A DNA stretch of 62,071 nt, filler included. It is 17 parts of 17 records of this genome, joined end to end, with 100 filler letters (N's around TTAATTAATTAA, not from the genome) between each part and the next. Parts side by side here need not be neighbours in the genome. Positions count along the whole stretch, not along the records: positions 58,352 to 62,071 come from SRR15195285_24074; 16 more parts are not named here. The stretch is one strand, 5' to 3'. The position numbers were made by a program, and so were the translations under genes. The notes under the pieces were generated by a model. The model made no database searches. It worked only from the letters and a program-made list of their open reading frames with translations, and had not been told where the DNA came from. Positions 58,509 to 62,071 of the stretch are shown piece after piece. Position 1 is the stretch's first letter. Each line of letters opens with the position of its first letter.

Positions 58509-59831
58509 ATGGCGGGTCGGCCTGCAGCTGGCGTCCCCAGCCCAGAAAGCACCGCCCGGCTGGCCTCGCAGCTGCGCCGAGGCAAGGGAGCCGGGCAGTG
58601 GACGTATCCAAGCGAGGGGAGCGCGCGGCGCTCGCATCCGCACGCGAGGCAGAAGACAGCGTATGCGGGCGTGGAGCAAGACGTGGTGCCGTCTCTGCAT
58701 CCGTGCCCGTGGACCATGCGGGTGAAGGAGCCGCGGATCTGCTACGATGGGGTGCACGGGCTCGCAACAACGCCGCCAACCCAGCAAAGCACTGCTCCGT
58801 CTGTGCAAGCGCGGAACCTCGAGCACCAGTGGAGCTTGGACGAGTTAGGAGGCGAAGCCGAGGTTGCCGCGCACGACACCCACGGCCCCATTGGTCACGG
58901 TTGCGACTCACCGACGGGCAAACCCAAGCACGCCAGAAAAAGCACTGTACGCTATGCTGTGCACATAGATGGCACGTACATTCCGCTGCACGATACTGAG
59001 CCGAAAAAATCTGTCTCGTGGGCGACTGACGTCCAACGACCAAGCCGCCGGGTGTCTCGATCTGATCGCTTCGCGAGCGTTGAATGCGATCAGAACAGCA
59101 CCACTGGACATTCGACTGCCTGGAGTCGTGCCACAGACGATATGAAAAACAACCGCGCAGACCTGGCGGGGCGAGAGGCTGGCTGGGTAGACTCGCTGCG
59201 CGAGCACAGGTCGAAGTCAGCTGGTGCAGAAGCACCGGGTTCACTCGAGCCAGATGAGCAAAGCGAGGAAGTTGCGCCGGTTACGGAAACGAGTTCGGTT
59301 GGGGTGATAGGGCACCCGCTGTTCGACATGCTGGCAGCTGTGCTATCTGCCGCGCCAGCTCCCACTCCTGAAGAAGTGTCTGCGCACAGCCGCGACAACG
59401 GGGGAGAGCAGCCATGGTGGGACGATGACTCTGACGACGAGGAAAGGAAAGACTATCCCAAGCCATGGAGAGAGAATATGAATTTACGGTCAGTCAAACC
59501 AAAGCCGAGGACACCAGACAGAAATCCGTTGGCGCATCTGCAGACCGAGACAGATGATAGAGATCGATCGCCAGGATCTTTGAACGATCAGACTGACGCT
59601 CCCGTCTTAGATATTTTCATCAAGCGAGCGATGAGCATGCCCGGTGGCTCAAAGCTCCGGCACAAGCGTGAAGTAATTCAGGAGAATTCGCCATGGCGAT
59701 GGTCAGCGGAACGTGAGCGGGAGGCGAGACAGAAGTCTGCCGAGAGAAGTGACAGTACTGTTGGAACTCCTCCGAGGAGCAGGAGATCAACATCACCTGG
59801 AGGATCGCCAGTCTGTGGGGGGGCTGCGTAG
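58509..59831 (+). CDS. Hypothetical low-complexity, probably disordered protein
   Basis: 440-codon ATG-initiated ORF rich in S/R/E/P with no recognisable domain. May be interrupted by an intron near its 3' end. Confidence 0.5.
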   Translation: MAGRPAAGVPSPESTARLASQLRRGKGAGQWTYPSEGSARRSHPHARQKTAYAGVEQDVVPSLHPCPWTMRVKEPRICYDGVHGLATTPPTQQSTAPSVQARNLEHQWSLDELGGEAEVAAHDTHGPIGHGCDSPTGKPKHARKSTVRYAVHIDGTYIPLHDTEPKKSVSWATDVQRPSRRVSRSDRFASVECDQNSTTGHSTAWSRATDDMKNNRADLAGREAGWVDSLREHRSKSAGAEAPGSLEPDEQSEEVAPVTETSSVGVIGHPLFDMLAAVLSAAPAPTPEEVSAHSRDNGGEQPWWDDDSDDEERKDYPKPWRENMNLRSVKPKPRTPDRNPLAHLQTETDDRDRSPGSLNDQTDAPVLDIFIKRAMSMPGGSKLRHKREVIQENSPWRWSAEREREARQKSAERSDSTVGTPPRSRRSTSPGGSPVCGGAA

Positions 59832-60079
59832 CTTCTTTTTTCTATTTTTCGGGGGGGACGAAGAGTGCTTTCAATACGTCGACGAGTGGCCAACGATACG
59901 CCACTGAGACCGTGGTACATAGTAGGAAGGCACTGGGGCCTTGCGCGGCGACCAACGACGTTTTTTCAGGCAAACATCCCCACCGCAGTGTGCCTGGTTG
60001 CTGACATAATGGATCAATTTCTTCGCATCACCACTAGCAGGTACAGTGCCTATCTGGCGCGCTCTCGTACCCCTGCATT

Positions 60080-61240
60080 TCATTGCATTCCACGGCCGGT
60101 GCCCTGTGCGCGCTTGTCTCTCGCCCCACCGCGCAGCTTCTTCCTGAGATCTGCCTTGCATTTCGCACAGCTGCAGCTGAAGCCGTAGTGTTGCTCGAGG
60201 ATTTGGCGCCGCTCGTCAAGGCTCTGGCGGTTGTCGATATAGCTGATCACAACCTCCTCTTCAAGTTTGATGGGCCGTAGCGCAGTCAATGTGACATATC
60301 CATCTGAATCGATGACAGCCTGCGCATTCGGGTCGCAGTCGTGATTAGTGAATCCCATGTGGCAGCAGAGGGCACAGCCAGCTTTCCCCCCGCGCTCAAG
60401 CGTCGCAGCGTTGGTGCGGATCTGATAGACAAGTTCTTCCACAGTGGGTCGATCCACGCCCGTCAGCATCGATAGTTGCCCAAGCAGCTGCGGCGGCACG
60501 TTGGTCGGATTTGCCTGGAGTGTCTTGAGCAGCGCGAAGTCCTCCTTGCCAGCCGCCGCCGCAGACGCGCCGCACCACTCACCATGCTCTGTGGTGGCCT
60601 TGTGACGGAGGAGCATACGAATCGTTGAGGTGTCCTTGCCTTTTCGTGCGCCCGCGGGTAAATTGCAGAAAGCCTCGCATTCGTGGCTGTGCCACTTGTC
60701 ATACCCTAAGCCTCGACACGCACCACAGACCGCAAACCGGGAGCATTTTTTGCACGCCTGAACATCAGCAGCAGCCGATGCCGAAAAGCAGAACCCGCAG
60801 ACCAACGGCGCCTGTGCGTCAAACACCACTGACAGTGCAGGCCGTATGCGTACGATGGGCTCGCCCTGGGCTCGCGCCTCGGTGCAAAACATTCCTTGCC
60901 CGCGACCCTCGCCCGCATCTCGCCTCTCGGCGCATCGCACCATCGCCGGATCCACGCAGGCCGCTGCGGCAGCGGCCTGCCGTTTCTTGGCCTTTGCCCG
61001 GTCGCGCTTCTTGCGGTTCGCCTCCGCCTTCTTCTTCGCCGCGGCCTCCTCCTCCGGAGTCTGCTCCGCGGCCGGCTCTGGCTGCATCTCGGGCACAGCA
61101 GCCGTGCACGCCGCGACCTCCTCCGCCTTCTTCGCCTTCTGCCGCTCTCGCTTCAGTTTCTTCTTGAGCGCCTTCTCAGCCGCCGCCGCCTCCTGCGATT
61201 CACCGACCGTCCCCTCCTCCGGTCGCTCTCCGCCCGTCAT
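60080..61240 (-). CDS. SET and MYND domain (SMYD-like) lysine methyltransferase
   Basis: GRGQGMFCT, MYND-like CGFC...CKKC...CGAC...H..EC, NHDCDPN, EEVVISY and post-SET YGFSCSCAKC. Confidence 0.88.
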   Translation of the reverse strand: MTGGERPEEGTVGESQEAAAAEKALKKKLKRERQKAKKAEEVAACTAAVPEMQPEPAAEQTPEEEAAAKKKAEANRKKRDRAKAKKRQAAAAAACVDPAMVRCAERRDAGEGRGQGMFCTEARAQGEPIVRIRPALSVVFDAQAPLVCGFCFSASAAADVQACKKCSRFAVCGACRGLGYDKWHSHECEAFCNLPAGARKGKDTSTIRMLLRHKATTEHGEWCGASAAAAGKEDFALLKTLQANPTNVPPQLLGQLSMLTGVDRPTVEELVYQIRTNAATLERGGKAGCALCCHMGFTNHDCDPNAQAVIDSDGYVTLTALRPIKLEEEVVISYIDNRQSLDERRQILEQHYGFSCSCAKCKADLRKKLRGGARDKRAQGTGRGMQ

Positions 61241-61387
61241 GGTAGCCAGTACAGGTGCGGCGCGTTAGCGTGCGGAGGGCCAGGATGGTGCACCACAACT
61301 CGCTGTTTGTTATCGCTGTTATCGCGACGATGCGCACTGGGTGGCGGTGGCTGCATGGGCGGCGCGGCTCGGCTGGACTAGGAATTC

Positions 61388-62071
61388 CTACGTGTACCGG
61401 TAAATCGAGTAAATCCCCCGCAGTGTCGAGGCTGAATCCAAATGACTGTGACTCAATACATTTTGTATTGCAATGACTGACGGGGATTGGCCGTCGAAGT
61501 TTGAGCTGGCCGATGAGTCGAGTGAGAGACTGGGCGGGCGGTGACGCGGTGCTCTCTCGCAGTCAAACCACATACTATGGCGCTCTGATGGTGGGCGCGC
61601 GTGGCGCCAGGGGCGAGGTGCACTGCCGTGCACTGTGCGGACGGCGCCAGTCGGCTCTGGGAGGACCTCCTTAAGGCAGATGTCGAGGTCCGCATATGAC
61701 CAAGCCCGACCTTCAGGCCGAACTCGGCGAACCCTCGCATCCTTGCGCAATGTGCCCGTTGCCGAGATAGACGAGCTGGAGATGCCGTTCGAGCTCATGC
61801 CGCCATCTTTCGCCAGCGTGGTTCGATCCCACCTGTCGGAGGGGCTGCCAACGGAGCGTCCAGAGACGTGGGCACGCGCCGAGGCTTCAGACGACGGGCA
61901 GAACGGCGGTGAGTTGGGGAGACGTGCGCCCACCTCCCTCTCTCCCTCTCTCCCTCTCTGGACAGCTCTATCCGGTCTACTGATCACTGCCCGCCACTTC
62001 CGCTCCAATCTGTCTGCGCAGATGCTCCGAGCGTCCGGTTCCGGCTTCGATCGCGACCTCTCGGGCTCTAG
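61388..62071 (-). CDS. Possible 3' fragment of an unknown protein-coding gene
   Basis: 206-codon low-complexity ORF at the contig end with no recognisable domain. Confidence 0.25.
   Translation of the reverse strand, partial: LEPERSRSKPEPDARSICADRLERKWRAVISRPDRAVQRGREGEREVGARLPNSPPFCPSSEASARAHVSGRSVGSPSDRWDRTTLAKDGGMSSNGISSSSISATGTLRKDARVRRVRPEGRAWSYADLDICLKEVLPEPTGAVRTVHGSAPRPWRHARPPSERHSMWFDCERAPRHRPPSLSLDSSASSNFDGQSPSVIAIQNVLSHSHLDSASTLRGIYSIYRYT

Noticed and set aside
47-61740. Numerous 60-270 aa antisense or alternate-frame ORFs overlapping the called genes
   Set aside because: Expected shadow ORFs in GC-rich coding DNA, with no recognisable motifs.
1-62071. Gene cluster or operon interpretation across the window (e.g. 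CAZymes with transporters, or the transposase with its neighbours)
   Set aside because: The genes lie on separate concatenated contigs, so linkage is unknown.

Overview
This window is not contiguous DNA. It is 17 short contigs (3.0-5.0 kb) joined by 16 artificial 100-bp spacers (N44-TTAATTAATTAA-N44), so adjacency across a spacer carries no biological meaning. The DNA is GC-rich, gene-dense nuclear DNA of a unicellular eukaryote. About 30 short GT-AG spliceosomal introns can be reconstructed by hand, many with a GTGCG donor, and most contigs break at microsatellites. Recognisable conserved genes are RRP40/EXOSC3, a mitochondrial 2-oxodicarboxylate carrier, CIAO1, a CARM1/PRMT4-like methyltransferase, WDR61/SKI8, a calpain, a SMYD-type SET-MYND protein, a PhyH dioxygenase and MFS transporters. 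Also present are secreted carbohydrate-active enzymes (GH39/clan-A-like, tandem GH99/WbsX-like, GH141-like beta-helix), large Cys-rich surface proteins, an NRPS-type terminal reductase and a divergent actin-like protein. Best leads: (1) a two-enzyme secreted protein whose modules are separated by an LKTDD linker, a candidate processed polyprotein; (2) an intact Kolobok-like DDE transposase with a very large insertion, plus TTAA-centred candidate termini on other contigs; (3) a WD40-ankyrin-TRP channel; (4) a gustatory-receptor-like/DUF3537-type 7TM channel; (5) a polytopic-membrane RBR-type ligase; (6) a membrane-anchored EVH1-CARM1; (7) PTS2 signals, one on a bacterial-type gene with 10 introns; (8) a dispersed TCAATAGTA repeat/MITE family and perfect 12-18 bp palindromes upstream of genes. 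All domain calls come from motif recognition by eye; no database searches were run.
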